Shown here piece after piece: positions 1 to 13,699 of a stretch of 64,000 bases of DNA (positions are counted from its first letter, which is position 1; the number at the start of each line of letters is the position of its first letter). The notes under the pieces were generated by a model, which ran no database searches, was not told the origin of the DNA, and saw only the letters and a program-made list of their open reading frames with translations. Source of the DNA: Camelus dromedarius (Eukaryota). The stretch is taken from assembly GCF_036321535.1 (NCBI RefSeq), contig NC_087437.1:77812001-77876000 (forward strand). The letters run 5' to 3'. The translations under genes were made by a program, and so were the position numbers.

Positions 1-1009
1 GTTCTCCTGTTACACCATATGCACAGCTCAGTGATAAAATTAGCACATTCTATTGTAATTATTCTTTTCTTGCCTACATCCTTCATTATACCCAAACTTC
101 TTGAAAGAGGGTATAAATTACTACTACTTTCTCATGGGGCAACAGCCAACCACATGGAAAGGGTTATAAAAACATGGTTCCTACTTCCAGACGTCAACAA
201 AACTGGAAGATTTAAAGTGAGAGATGAAAAAATGAGGAAAGAAGTTTTGACTGAGGCAATGGTGGTTAGGTGTATAAGATTACAAGAGCTACGGTGCTAT
301 TTTGCAAAATAAGATCCCTTGTTTAGATTGTTCATAGGTGTAATTTTTACTGGGTGCACTGCAGGCACCAAAGAAGTTTCCCCATTTCAGAATGAGGGTT
401 TGAAAATCGACTGAAATTTAAATTAGTAAGAACCAACATAAATCTGTAGAAACCACACCCTAATTACTCCTAATGAATTTAAGCTATTTCCACACCTTAC
501 TGAAGATCCCAAAATGTGTTCCTGATCAAAAATGTGTTACAAAAGGTTAGGAGTCAAATTACTAAGAAAGTCATCCTCTAGGAAAGACTGAACTATGGAA
601 GTATACAATTAATAAGGAATATTCAAGAATGAGAGGTATATAAGTAAAACGTTTTCTGCATGTATTTTACATTCTCCATGGGAAAGACTTTTTAAGGCTA
701 AAGTCCAACATTAGTTATCTACCCAGAAATAGTCCCAGGTTGAAGAAGATCAATTCATTAAGCTAGTACTAGATGGAAATGTCACTCTCTATAATTCCAT
801 GTTCATGAAATAACTATTTAATCTGTAGACGGACTTTCTGAAGGAATCCACCTACTAGTACACCAAAATTTCATTAGGTAAACATTCTGTTCTCAACAGA
901 AATGAGGAAAAAGAAAGCAATATTTACTTAGCAATAATATATTCCAGGGAGGTTCCTATGCACTTTTCATGTATAGCCTAGGTAATTCTCAGCTGAGCTC
1001 TGAATAAGA

Positions 1010-1150
1010 ATTATGCTCATTTTACAAACAGGAAAATTAAATTCCGAGGGATTAAAGTATACATCCAAAGTTACACAGCTGTTAAATGGTGCGGCTGAGA
1101 GTTAAACCTCATTCTACCTGGTTCCAAAGTCCATGCTCTTTCTCTTCCAC
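1010..1150 (-). mobile_element. MIR SINE fragment
   Basis: cattttacaaacaggaaaatt...gttacacagctgttaaatggt...ggttccaaagtccatgctctt resembles the reverse complement of the MIR core. Confidence 0.75.
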
Positions 1151-3094
1151 TGTAACTTGATGAAATGCCATTTTGCTCCATAGTTAGTTTCTGATGAGCT
1201 TGCTTAGTGCAAATCACTTCTGCAGAGCCTACTCACTTACCCTGTGTAGGACCGATAAAATCAAAAGTCTAACTCATTCAAGGAATTGAGACTAGATCCT
1301 GGGTCTTCTGGTGGAAAAATCCAACAGCCGGGCTTCTAGCATGTGAGGCTAGAAGTCAAATATCTGCTTGCTCATTTGACCTGGATCTAGACAGAATCAA
1401 TTCAGGTCATTTGTCACTAATTAATATGTGCTGAAACAATGTTCTAAACATTCAGAGTTTATAACCTTTTCATTCTGCATGTCTCAGAGATACCAGAGTA
1501 CAGTCACCTCTTGATTAAGCTAGATGGACATGTTAACCTTTGAGCTACACCCTGGCACATGAAGAAGAATGGCTTTGATAACTAATGGAGCTGGGAAGAG
1601 AAGGATTTTTTTTTTTAATATAAAAAGGAAAAATGGATATAAGAAGAGCACTTAAACACTTCTTATACAAGGAGCAGGATCTTCAGAACATATGCAGCCT
1701 TAATAAATGAGAAACCATTAAATAAAAATGTGAAGATGGCACAATGTTAAAGAATGTTTTTGCCTGATCCCTGGCCCCTGATTGCTGAGATGGCTGTGAT
1801 TTGCACTTAAGAGCATAGTCCCCCTGGCCTATTCATCCATACTTTCTTGGAGAACATTCAAGATGACCAGAAAGGCACTTATTAGGTGTAGAGAGTACTG
1901 AAAATTAGGGGACTCTAGACCTACAAGGGCAGGAGCTCTCCACAAATATTGACGAGTTCAGAAAGTATAATCGTACAGCAAGAATGATAAAACAGCTATT
2001 GTCACATTCTTTGAGTCAGAAATCAAAGACTAAGAAATAAATGGTAGAAAATATTTTTAAATCAAATTAAATTTTAAATTAGATGTTAGGGACTATTTGA
2101 ATATTTTTAATAAAAGATGAATGTAAAATTAATGTCGTATGGAGTCGACAGCAATTTAGAAACTGGCATGGCTTTGATTGTTAGCAAAACCATTGCAGAG
2201 CTGGGTTTTGAAGGACAGTAACTGCCCTTCTTGCAGTATTTTTCCTGATGTTTAGAGTCAAAATCTATTTACCTCTTTGGTAATGTACAGTGGTCTAGCT
2301 CTCTAGGCAGTTTTAATCTGAGACACAGATGTTTTTATGAAAGATTAAAAGCTACAAAAATTCCATGTTTGGGTGAAGGATTTCATTAGCAAATGTGTTT
2401 TAATGCTTATTCATAACAACAGTAGCAGAAACAAAATGAAAAGTCTCCTAAACTTGCTGAAGGATCATCAATCGTTTTGTGTTACAGTAAACAAGTTGCC
2501 TCTTTAAAGCTGGAAGGGGAAATTAGGTATAAATTGGAGATAGCTCCTTTCAGACATTATGCTAAAAGTGGTCATAAGCTCTTCAAACCACAAATAACCA
2601 GTGGGGGTAAATGTCTTACTCATAGTAACTGCCATTCCCTTGATCCTTACCAATTATTTTTCTGTATATATTTTTACTGTGCTCTAATTTTCATTATACT
2701 TTGGGTAATCTGCTGAACCCATCTTGCCCATAATCAATCTTGGCTAAATCATGTCTTCTGATTTCTCTGAAAATGCTCCTTAGCAGCTCGGAATTTTCTG
2801 GAGAAAGTCATGTAACAGTGTTGACTGACATAATTATGAATTTATGTTTACATATCTTTATCTCCAGTTCAGAAAAGATATGTTTCTACTCTTTCAAAAT
2901 CACATCATTACTTATGCCCTCTCTCTGAATCTTCTGGCTTGTTTGGCACATTCTCTACACAGGTTCTTTCCTTGAGCCCATAAACAATATAAACAAGTCT
3001 CTTCTATCTTGACAGAACCTTCCTTTCCTCTTAACTACTAGGTGTTACTATTTTTCTTCTCATTTTTTTCATTATATCAAAATTTCTAAGCATA

Positions 3095-3320
3095 TTAGTT
3101 CATCTATAAGAAACACAGGAACAGACAAAACTAATCTATGATGGTAGAAATTGTAAAACTGTCTCTGCACAGGGTAAGGGAGACTGACTAGACAGGAACA
3201 TGAGGGAGTCGGCTGGGGTGAAGGAGATGTTCTGTATATTGGATAGGCTGACTGGATGCTTTATCAAAACTCATTGAACTGTACAGGTAAGATTTAAATT
3301 CAAATTATATCTCAAAAATA
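3095..3320 (+). mobile_element. Old L1 (L1MC/L1ME-like) 3' UTR fragment
   Basis: acagacaaaactaatctatgatggtagaa...atgttctgtatatt...caaaactcattgaactgtaca...aattatatctcaaaaa is a typical old L1M 3' end. Confidence 0.7.
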
Positions 3321-4684
3321 TATTCGGAAAGTGTAGCATGTATTCTGATATTTCCTCCACCAAACTGCTCTCATCTGTTGTTAGCTATTTCCACCACACT
3401 ATTAAAACCCCATTAATCAGCAAATATAGTCACCTATTCTTGGAAAGATTTTTTTCTTGAGAAGCCTTTTCTCTTTCTTTTGATGAAAAAATACAGTTTC
3501 CTATAAAGTAGAAAATACATTACATTATTCCATGGGCATCCAATGCCATAAAATTTCTTACTTTTCCCAGTGTGCTTACAGTTATGAAGGAGAAAATATG
3601 AAGGAAAAACTAGGCACCTCACTTGAAGACACTTGAAATCTCTTTGTGGATTGAGATTTGCCTGTTCTGAGTAACCAGAAGAAACCAAAACTTAGAAACA
3701 TTTCCTTTCTAAAATGCTTACTATTTTTTTTTTACTAACTAAAAGCTCTGTATACAGAAATTTTATGTTTAGGAACCAGGATTATGCACAATGTGGACAA
3801 TGCTAATTTACTATTTTCAATTATTGTTCCATTATATTGCATTTCATAGAAGGAAATATTCCTTTAAGTAGAAGCTTTCAGTGAAAACTTTGGTGGAATA
3901 AAATCTGAATTTAAGAATACTCTATAATCATATATTTGGACAAGAAAATGAATGTATTTAACTACCTAAAACATGACTATCTCTGCTCTCTGCATTACCT
4001 CGCACTGATACTGAGGTTGACAGATTGGCTCTTTAAGAGCAGCAGATATTTTACAGGCACTAAACATGGAAAACAAAAACAAAAACAAACCAAACCCCAA
4101 ACCCCTGCAGATTTTATTAGCTTATTTTAATCTTGCTTGTAGTGGACAAAATACCTGTGCATTATAAAAACTTCCCTTATGAAGGATGCAAATCTTATAA
4201 ATTGCCAATCATCCAGATAAAGAAATCTGTAGTCCCTGGAAATTACTATTCCTTCATTGACTAAGTTACTTCAGGGAAAATACTTTAGTAACAGAACAAA
4301 ATCTCCCAAATTCCTAAATAGCTTCATCTCTGAATCCATGACCTCAATATTCCAGCTATATATTATAACACATTTGCTGTGAAAAATGTGGTAAACATCT
4401 GTGTTATTTCCAACAGTCAACAAAGGAATTTTTTTAAAGAATAATTGTAAATTTTAAACTTTTCAAGGGAATTAGTTTAGCCTTGTGATGCAGGTGGTAC
4501 TCATTGAGTAATCCTCTTTTTTCCTCAAAACCCTCTAAACTCCAAATTCTTGTAAACTGCAAATCAGAAACTTCATAAGAAAGTTATTTTTTATCAAAAT
4601 GCCTTAAGAAAGTGTGTCAAGTTGTTCACTGTTGGAAAATTCTGTTTTTAAAGTTACGTCACTTAAAGGTTGCTGCACCTTTAC

Positions 4685-4705
4685 CTTCTTAGCATATAGA
4701 CTTAA
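4685..4705 (-). other. Candidate 21-nt exon (LSLYAKK if phase 0)
   Basis: Minus strand reads ctaatttgtctatttctgtgttcag|TTAAGTCTATATGCTAAGAAG|gtaaag, with branch-like ctaat, a pyrimidine tract and a good donor. Confidence 0.25.
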
Positions 4706-6199
4706 CTGAACACAGAAATAGACAAATTAGGAAATATATTTGTGAAGATAAAAATTCCATCAGAGCAGGCAGTAAAATGTATGCAAGAGAGCCAACATTA
4801 AAGAGACAACCACCCTAATAGCTGCTGCCCAAGATAATGTTGTGCTGACACAGCAGAAACAGAACTGAGGGAGGTGAAATACGACTGAAATTCAATGCTG
4901 GGATGTTCCTTTAGGGTATACAGTTTTTAATCAAAATTACTAAGCAATATTGATTTGTATCCCTTTTCATGATTGAAATATGGTTTTCTGAAAGGTATGC
5001 AACAAAATAAGGTTAAATTTGCATTAAATTTGTTATGGAGTATGTGAGCTATGAAGGAGTAGCTTTTTAAAATAATATCCAAGATACAGATTTAAGATAG
5101 TCATGCTGACACTTTATTTTCCTTGTACATATGGATCTGATCTCTCTCAATTTTCATGTTAAATTTAGAGAGTGCACAGCTAATATTCTGTGTGTCTTGG
5201 AAGAGTGCCTGGATAAGACGACTGTGAGAAACGGATGGGAAGGTTAGGCCAGCAATATAGTATTTCTGAACTGAATGTCACTATGCAATACAAGCTTTGT
5301 AAGTACATATTTTATATTAAACTACCTACACTTTCATGTTTTTGGAATGGTTTTCAACTGTTTGATCGTGTTTTAAGAGTAATCCTGAGTATGAAACATC
5401 AACATAGACTTTTGTTAGCTTTATGTTCTGCAATTTACTTTGCTATAAACAATTGAATAAAGCTTCCTGTCCTCAGTACATACTCAGATTCATTGTTTAA
5501 CAATGTAATTATTCTTTAAACACATTATGTTTTACTTTGTTAAAATGCATCTTTTGATATACAATGTACCTCAACTGTAAAAGCAGATTATCATATTTTA
5601 GAAAGTATAAAGGCATTTGCTGAAGCTAGAAAGCCAAATAATGTTTATATTTATACACGTATATCATTTTTTCATAAAATGAAATGTTATATATAAAATC
5701 AAAGATCTTTTGGAGGATATATCAGTATTGCCCCCACCCCCCAAAATAGTTGTTCTTTCTCTCTCTTCTGTGCTTTCTACGTATCTCTCTGCAAATCTAT
5801 GTGGCACCTTCCAAAGGGCATGAGAGACAAGGAAGCAAAGTATAAAGATATTATTTATACTGACTTTAATGTTTGTCCTGTTTCTAAGTACTCATCTGAT
5901 GACTGTTGAATGGAATGTATTCATTAACTGATCAAACTGTTCTTTTAGTTTGGCTACTGACTTCTAATTTTTTATAAACTTTTGGTGAACGTGAGATTGC
6001 TTCATACTCAGTTGCTTCTAGAAGTATTTGATACCAGAAAATTTGACATGACATAGAATCTCATATTCAAAATATTATTTTGACCATTATTTTCACAGGA
6101 TTATAGAAATTCTCAAGTAACTCCACTTTCTTCTAGAATAATTAAAGTGTGTCTAGAGTGACTGTTCACTTATAGTCAGGTTGGTTTGACCTGTGTCCA

Positions 6200-6720
6200 T
6201 ATGCATGGAGAGCATGTATTCACAGCACTGTCATCTAGAGCCTGAAGTAGTGCTTGGCACATAGTATGCATTCAGTAAGTATTTAACTTCTTACTTAGTA
6301 AATACCTCTATTTTGTCCTAGATCAGGATAGGAGGTGGTAGAGCAGGGAAGAGAAAACAATGGATTGGGAGTTGGAGGAGATGGTTTTAGCCCCTTCTCT
6401 GTTCTTACTTAGTGTAAGTGATTCACTGTCTTCTCAAATTATCATCTCTAGGCTCCAAACTACTTTTCTTGCTTAGAATGCTCTCCTACCCTGCTTCCTG
6501 CGACTGATGCCACCCATTCTTTAAGTTTCAGATATCACACTCCTTCACATACAATTCTGCTTTAACCTCAGCCAACACAGATCTCTCTGCTTCCACATTT
6601 ACAACTGTGTCAAATGACACCTCATTTTATTTAATTTAACATCTAATTATGTAATGGCTTATACTTGTTTTGAATTTCTTAGCATGTTATAAATCTTACG
6701 TCCCCAGTAAGACTCTAACC
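6200..6720 (+). mobile_element. L2 LINE 3' fragments
   Basis: tattcacagcactgtcatctagagcctgaagtagtgcttggcacatagtatgcattcagtaagtattt is an L2 tail; further degenerate L2-like pyrimidine-rich sequence at 6450-6720. Confidence 0.55.
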
Positions 6721-6990
6721 TAGAGGTCTTAAACTTGTAGCTGAATTACTCTCATATACATGTTTTATTTGACCATTACAAAATTTCAGTGTTTAGCTAG
6801 TTGCAGATATTTATGTGAGAATGCATAACAAAAAAAATTAGTTTTCTCATTTCTCTTGGAAAAATACAAGATCTGGTCCCACTGAGCTTCAGTGATCAAT
6901 CAAAGCTGAGTAGCTATTGCCCATTTAGTTCAGACACATATCACTGTCAATCCCCACCTGGCTTGAACCTGTGGGATATGTGAGAGTTTA
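6721..6990. mobile_element. hAT-Charlie MITE, MER102-like
   Basis: Starts tagaggtcttaaact and contains tttctcttggaaaaatacaagatctggtcccactgagc, resembling the MER102 core. Confidence 0.5.
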
Positions 6991-7469
6991 CCCCTTGATG
7001 ATACTCCGTGCCAATACACTTACCCCAGCACAGCACTTCAACCCCCAATGCAAACTCCGAACTTACTGGAAGTCTCTAAAACGACTGAAGGTGTCTATCT
7101 GTATATGTCTTGGGTAGTTTATATTTAAGATGTTTAAATTTTTCAACATTAAATTGTCAAGTCATCTTCCTGTTTTCTATATATCAATGAAGTGATACAT
7201 GTACTTTAAAAATGGCATTAAACCTACTTCTTATTTCCTATCTTCACTAATGGCACGTTGGGCAATTAGAAACTGAAAAAGCCATTTTGACTTCTCCATC
7301 TTGGTTTCCAGTGATTTCCCAAGTTCTGTCACATTTACTGGCAGAGAGAACAGTTAGGGTGGTGGAGAGAGATTCATTTCCTCTCCATGCCTGTCACGTC
7401 TGCCCTCAGAGTCTGCCTTTGGTGAAATGGTGCCCCTCGCTGTGTGAGGGTACCTGTCCTCAAAATTAA

Positions 7470-7900
7470 CAGAGCCGCACTGAGGCTCCATTTAGCTTTG
7501 ATTTCAGATTCCAGAAACCAGCGTCAATTTATAGTCAACAGTAAAAGAGTTGTTTTAGAGCCCAAATTCACTTTCACGGAGCTCGCAAATTGGCACTTCG
7601 AAACATTTACAATGATCTAAGAGGCGATTGGTGAAATGTTTTGGCACCAGCAAGTCTGGCGTGCAGCTCTCAAGACAAGTGGCATTTCAGCCTATATCCT
7701 ACTTGACTTTATTAGAAGCACTGTATGTGAGAGAAACAGGAAATCTGCACAGCACTTTTAAAGCAATGCGGTGAATTATAAATTAATGAGGGTTTAGTAT
7801 GAGAAGGGAATAACATCTGCAGAAGGGCGGATTTCATAAAGACAAAAGGGAAAAAGGTTTCCCTTAATAAAACATAACCTTTCCACATGCACAATCAATT
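7470..7900. promoter_or_regulatory. Candidate conserved non-coding element / enhancer
   Basis: No recognisable repeat; about 9 CpGs in ~360 bp against a CpG-poor background; two TTGGCAC (NFI half-site) motifs and homeodomain-type TAAATTAATGAG. Confidence 0.45.
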
Positions 7901-8339
7901 CTCAATTAGTCATACCAGAGAGAGTATCCACCACAGACTATCAAACCGCCTCACTTTAACTGTTTCCTTCCCTCCACACTGTTTTCTGATTCTGCCTCCT
8001 TTCACCCAAGATGCTCCTTGAATTTATATTTCCAACAATTTTCTTCAGTCTGTTTCTGCCATCATAAAATCCAGTTTTCTTTTTTATTTCGATGGAGCCT
8101 CTACTGCATGCTCCAGCTTTTCCTCCCACAGTTTCCTGACCCTTCTCTGCCCAAGCCTAATGCTTAGTCAATCAAAGTGGGGAAGAAGCCAGAAGAGAAC
8201 AGGAACTCAGAGGAGAGATGATTTCCCTAGGAAGTTCTCCAGTTCCTTCTTTATACCTCTTTAATGAGCACATGGCAATGAAGTCATCATTTTGGAAGTT
8301 CAAACAGACTGCAGAGAAATTTGTTGGAGTGCTTTCAAA

Positions 8340-10120
8340 ATTCAATTCAACAATTACGGATTGAGTACTTAGTCTGTGCAAAGGCTTTTACTAGGCATCA
8401 CAGCAGAAGAGCTCCCTGCCCTACAGGGGCTTACATTCTAACTGGAAGGAAAAGTAGAAAATAATTTTACAAATAACCAAGATGTGCAACAGGGCATGTA
8501 TCACAGTAGCACCATCAGTGTATTGCCCATCTAAAGCAGGCAGGTGGCCATACAGTAATTTTTTCAGTAGACATTAACCAAATTCACTATTTGTCAGATG
8601 CCCTGTAAAGCCCGGGGATACCAAGATGAACAAGATAATACCTTGTCTTCACAGTCTAATAATAAAGTAATACAGGGAAACAAACAGTTACAAACATCAA
8701 GATTAAAATGTTCACTTAAGTACTGTGTAGAACATACGGCTATGTGAGCACCAAAGAGAAAAGTTTCTATCTCTGCCCAGGCATGGGCAGGTGTGCCAAG
8801 AAGGTTTTCACAGGAGAAGGAGATGTGTCTTAAAGAGTGAAGTACCAGGATGTGCAGAGGCTTGGAACTGTGAGAGAACATTCTGCCTTCTGGAAGAGTT
8901 CGTAGCTCTGAATGATAAGTGTACTCACAGGGTCTGACCTGGGGGTGGGGTGTGGGGTGCTAGGTGACGAAGCAGGGAAGAAATACGATCCTGGAAAGCT
9001 TTTATATGTGTTAAGCACCCAGCACAGTGCCTGGTACAGAATAGGTGTTAAAAATTTGTGTAAGATTCCTTAAAAAGTTAAAAACAGACTTACCATATGA
9101 TCCAGCAATACCACTCCTGGGCATATGTCTGGAGGGAACTCTAATTAAAAAAGATACAAGCACCACAATGTTCACAGCAGCACTATATACAAGAGCTAAG
9201 ACATGGAAACAACCTAAATGTCCATCAACAGATGACTGGATGAAGAAGTTGGTGGTATATTTATACAATGGAATACTACTCAGCATAAAAAATAAAATAA
9301 TGCCATTTGCAGCAACATGGATGGACCTGGAGATTGTCATTCTAAGTGAAGTAAAAGCCAGAAAGAGAAAGAAAAATACCTTGTGATATCACTTATATGT
9401 AGAATCAAAAAAAAAAAAGAAAAAAAGACGAACTTATTTACAATACAGAAACAGACTCACAGCCACAGAAAACAAACTTATGGTTACTGGGGGAAGGATG
9501 GGGGTAAGAAGGGATAAATTGAGAATTTGAGATTTCCAGACACTAACTATTATGTATACAATAGCTAAACAACAAGTTTCTACTGCATAGCACATGGAAC
9601 TATATTCAATATCTTGTAGTAGCCTACAATGAAAAAAATATAAAAATGAATATATGTATGTATATGTATGACTGAACTATTATGCTGTACACCAGAAATT
9701 GACACATTGTAAACTGATGATACTTCATTAATTAAAAAAAAAGTTTTGTGAATGATGAGTGAATGAGGAGTTTGGCTTTTATCCCAAGGGTGTTGCAGAT
9801 GTATAGAAGGATTTGCATTTGGGAGAAGTCTCCAAGAGGTGAGTGTGGTGTTTAGATTAGAGGGGGTGAGATGAAAGGCAGAAAGACCAGACAGGACATC
9901 CCTGCTGTAGTCCATGTGAGATGATATGAACCCAAATAAAGCGACAGTTGAAAAACTGAAGTGGAGCTATTTCAGAAGTTAAATGGCACAGCTTGGTGAA
10001 TAACTGGATATGAAGAGATAAGAGAGAGCTCAAATATGCAAATATTTTTCAGGTTTGCGGTTTGGATAACTGAGTAGCTTTTGGTGCCCTTCGTCCAGGT
10101 AGGGAATCCAGAAAGAAAAG
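8340..10120 (-). mobile_element. L2 LINE fragments, interrupted by an L1 insertion
   Basis: ttcaattcaacaatta...attgagtactta...ctccctgccctacaggggcttacattcta and gatgaacaagata...; L2-like sequence resumes after 9750 (gaggagtttggcttttatcc...gtagtccatgtgagatgat). Confidence 0.65.
9061..9742 (+). mobile_element. 5'-truncated L1 (ORF2 C-terminus, 3' UTR, poly-A)
   Basis: ORF 9045-9386 encodes LPYDPAIPLLGI...MFTAALYTRAKTWKQPKCPS...MPFAATWMDLEIVILSEV (L1 ORF2 C-terminus); 3' UTR ends in an A-tail; imperfect TSD aaaaatttgtg (9050-9060) / aaagttttgtg (9740-9750). Confidence 0.95.
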
Positions 10121-10601
10121 CAGGTATAATATCCACCTTAGCCGCCACACATTCAGCAGAAATTCCTCAGGTACCTATTTGAGGTTCATCTTATTTTCAT
10201 TTAGATAATTTAAAAATAAGCCTAAATATCTAGCTTACCAATTCAACTTAAACTAGAAACTGAAATTTTGGAGTAGGTAGGTGTTCACAGTAAGCACTTA
10301 AGAAATGATAGCCAATAGCTTAATTAAAGAAGGAGAGCCCCCCCCCCAAACGTTAAAAACCCCACAACTATAGCAGTCTTTATTTCTGACATGCTTAATG
10401 ACATTTAACATATCTCTAGGTTCTGAAGTAGAATTCTGCCTTGTCCCACAGATGTCTGGTTTTTGAACAAAAGTCAATGGTACACTCAATTTCACTAATG
10501 GGTAAAGTACATGGCCCCTCATTTAAAGGAGCAGCATAGAACCACTGCTTTCTAGGTAGTTTGCAGGGAAAATAACCACGAACTTAATACTGCTTAATAT
10601 A

Positions 10602-11427
10602 CAGTAGTCCCCGCTTACCTGCAGTTTAGATTTCCGTGGTTTTAGTTACTCTTGATCAACCTTAGTCTGAAAATATTAAGTGGAAAATGTCAGAAATAAA
10701 CCATTCATAAATTTTAAATTGCTGGCTGTTCTGTACAGTGTGATGAACTCTTGAACCATCCTGCTCCATCCCAACCGCCACATGAATCATCCTTTTGTCC
10801 AGCATATCCAGCATATTAGTCACTCAGTAGTTAATCACTTAGTAGCCTAACTCAGAGTGATCAGATTGACTGCTGAGGTATCCCAATGCTTGTGTTTCAA
10901 GTAACCCTCATTTTACTTAATAATGGTCCCAAAGCACCAAAGTAGTGATGCTGGCAATCAGACATGCTAAAGAGAAGCTTATGAAGTATTTCCTTTAAGT
11001 GAAAAGGTGAAAGTTCTTGACTTAATAAGCAAAGAAAAAAATTGTGTGGTGGTTGCTAAGATATCTCTCTGATAAGAAGGAATCTTTTATCCCTGAAATT
11101 GTGAAGAAAGAAAAAGAAATTCATTTTAGCTTTGCTGTCACACCTCAAGCTGTAAAAGTTATGGCCACAGTGTGGGGATAAGTGCTAAGTTAAGGTAGAA
11201 AAAACATTAAATCTGTACAGTAAGATATTTTGAGGGAGAGAGACCACATTCACATAACTTTTATTACCATATACTGTTATAATTGTTCTACTTTATTATT
11301 GTTGTTGTTCATCTCTTACTGTGCCTGATTTATAAATTAAACTTTATCATATGTATGTATAGGGAAAAACATAGTACACACAAGGTTCTGTACTATAGCA
11401 GTTCAGGCACCCACTGAGGGACTACTG
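10602..11427 (+). mobile_element. TcMar-Tigger non-autonomous element, MER44 (Tigger7) family
   Basis: Terminal inverted repeats cagtagtccc...gggactactg with a TA target site on the left; internal tctgaaaatattaagtggaaaatgtcagaaataaac matches MER44. Confidence 0.88.
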
Positions 11428-11679
11428 TGTACGAAGCATCTGGGTGAAAGAACTTCTGAAGATTGTACAATGACTCGAAATCCAACCATTCATTTAAAAC
11501 TTATCTCTGAGTTAAATGAGTCCCCTAGATGCGATGCTGGGCTGCAGTGTGTTGGTTTAGCTATACAGTTGGCATTTTTCTAAACTGCATGTATTTAAGA
11601 AACAGCTCTAGGAAACTAGCTTTTTATCTGTTTATTTTTTATAATGTATGTTGTTTAAGAGGTTCTTTAGGCACAATAC

Positions 11680-11990
11680 CCTTTCATTCATTCAGGATAT
11701 ACAGATACTTTGTAATTTTCCAGATTGTGCTAGGTTTTAGAGATAAAATATGATGAATAACATAGAGCCGTCACTATTAAGGAGCTTTCAAAGCCATGGA
11801 GCAGGAAGATGAGTAAACACATAATTGCAATACAACGTTGTAAGTGCAATGATAGCACTTAAATGAAAGTCCTATGGAGGAGGGGCACCTAACAATGCCA
11901 TTCTAGGGATTTCTGGGCAGTGCTTTGAGTAAGCTGGGGAGGAGAGGCAGGACATGCAGGAAGAATTAGAGAGCATATGGGAAGACATGG
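11680..11990 (-). mobile_element. L2 LINE 3' fragment
   Basis: ttcattcattca...ccagattgtgctaggttttagagataaaat...aaggagctt is an antisense L2 tail. Confidence 0.6.
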
Positions 11991-12466
11991 GAACACCAGA
12001 AAGCTTTTCTCAGTACCAGAAATCATTCTGATCCTTCTGCACATCTGCACACAGGGCACCTGTTTTTGTAGGCTGCTGGTCACCTGGGCCTTCCTCCTGC
12101 AAATGAATAGCACCTCCGAACACACATTTTGTTTGTACTAGTATCATCTCCGGTCTCATCTTACTGGTTTTACTTAATTTATCTGTGTCCTGATTACCTT
12201 GTTTTCTCACCATTATTTTAAAGTCTTTTAAGATGTATTTTGTGAGAAACATTAAGTTCTTTAATATAAGGCAGGGTATAGATAAGTAAATAACTGTAAT
12301 GGGGGTCACGATAGTAGTAACATTTAGAACTAAAGCAAACAACCTCAAACACCTAAGTGCATCAGTGTGAAACTGATATTCATGATGCCCACCCCAATCA
12401 CTAAGAAAGGTTTAAACTCTGCATGCTTTAAATAATAAAACACATTATTTTTGAATACTCAGATCA

Positions 12467-12752
12467 TTTTTTTAACTGACGTATAGTCAATTTACAATGT
12501 TCTGTTAATTTTTGGTCTACAGCATAGGGATTCATATATATATATATATATTCCTTTTTTATATCCATTTTCATTATAGGCCATTACAAGGTAGTGAATA
12601 TAGTTCCTTGTGCTATATAGTAGGACCTTGTTGTTTATCTATTTTATATATAGTCGTTAGTATCTACAAATCTGAAACTCCCAATTATCCCCCACTGGAT
12701 TGTTTTCTGTCTGTGATTCTGTTTTGTAAATAAGTCCATTTGTGCCCTTTTT
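12467..12752 (-). mobile_element. Short L1 3' UTR fragment
   Basis: tttttttaactgacgtatagtcaatttacaatgtt...gaatatagttccttgtgctatatagtaggaccttgttgtttatc is the reverse complement of the same 3' UTR type seen at 9560-9742. Confidence 0.9.
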
Positions 12753-13699
12753 AAAAAATGGTTAATTTTAAACATATATGTGACTATTTGTGTAAATATT
12801 TGTGTTAATAAGCTCACAAACCTTTACATAAAGAGGAAACTTGCCTAACTGGAATTGTTTTTCCCTGAAGTCCATAATAAGCAGACGCTTTCACGTGTTT
12901 GACTTAGAAATACTTTCATTTTAATATAATGTAGCTAAAAATTCTACTTAAGGGCACTACTATCTCATTTAAGAAGAAAAATATCACCTTTCTATACTTG
13001 CATAAGTTTAGGCTGACTGCATATCCACATGTAAAACACAAATAGGAGTCCAGGGAAACCCCATGTAGCTGCTTTATGAGTCTTATTCAAGCTTGGATAA
13101 AGAATTATTACACAAACTATGAATATACTTTTGCTGAAAATGCATAGAAAAACAGCAGGAAAGGATGCTTTGTACCTAATGTAACACTGAAATTATTTGT
13201 AAAGGCTCAGTTTAGTGAGTAATTACCCATATGTGTGTGCATCTTGTCATTGGCAATCCATGACTTTTTAAATCATTCAGTTTATACTTTGTCATTCCTG
13301 TGTACATTGCCTTTTCTATATTTTGAACTTATCATCTCTAATAAATATTTTTTACTGAAATCAGAACTTGGGTAAAATATCACTGTACACCCAACCAAGC
13401 TTATGAATAACATTTTAGTTTAAATATCTTAAAAGGGGTTTGGGTTTGTCTTAACCCCTTTCAATAACTGAACCAGTGATTGTTGTTACATGATGTCATT
13501 CATTCAGCAAGTTTTAATGAGCATGTACTGTGTATCAACGCCTTTCCAGTTGCTATCTAGAAGTAAACAACGATGAAGAGCTTCTTCAGAACTTCCCTTT
13601 CTCATGGAATATCACTGGATACTATGAGTTAATAAATGAAGGAACCAGGACCAAAATATAAGCCAACTGACTCAGGATCCATCTTCTAAACATTTGACA

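Noticed and set aside
1241..1348. Minus-strand exon-like segment with a strong GG|gtaagt donor
   Set aside because: Stops in all three frames and a weak acceptor; no support as a coding exon
13432..13461. 9-bp hairpin AAAGGGGTT/AACCCCTTT
   Set aside because: Short enough to be expected by chance in 64 kb; not a terminator in a mammalian context
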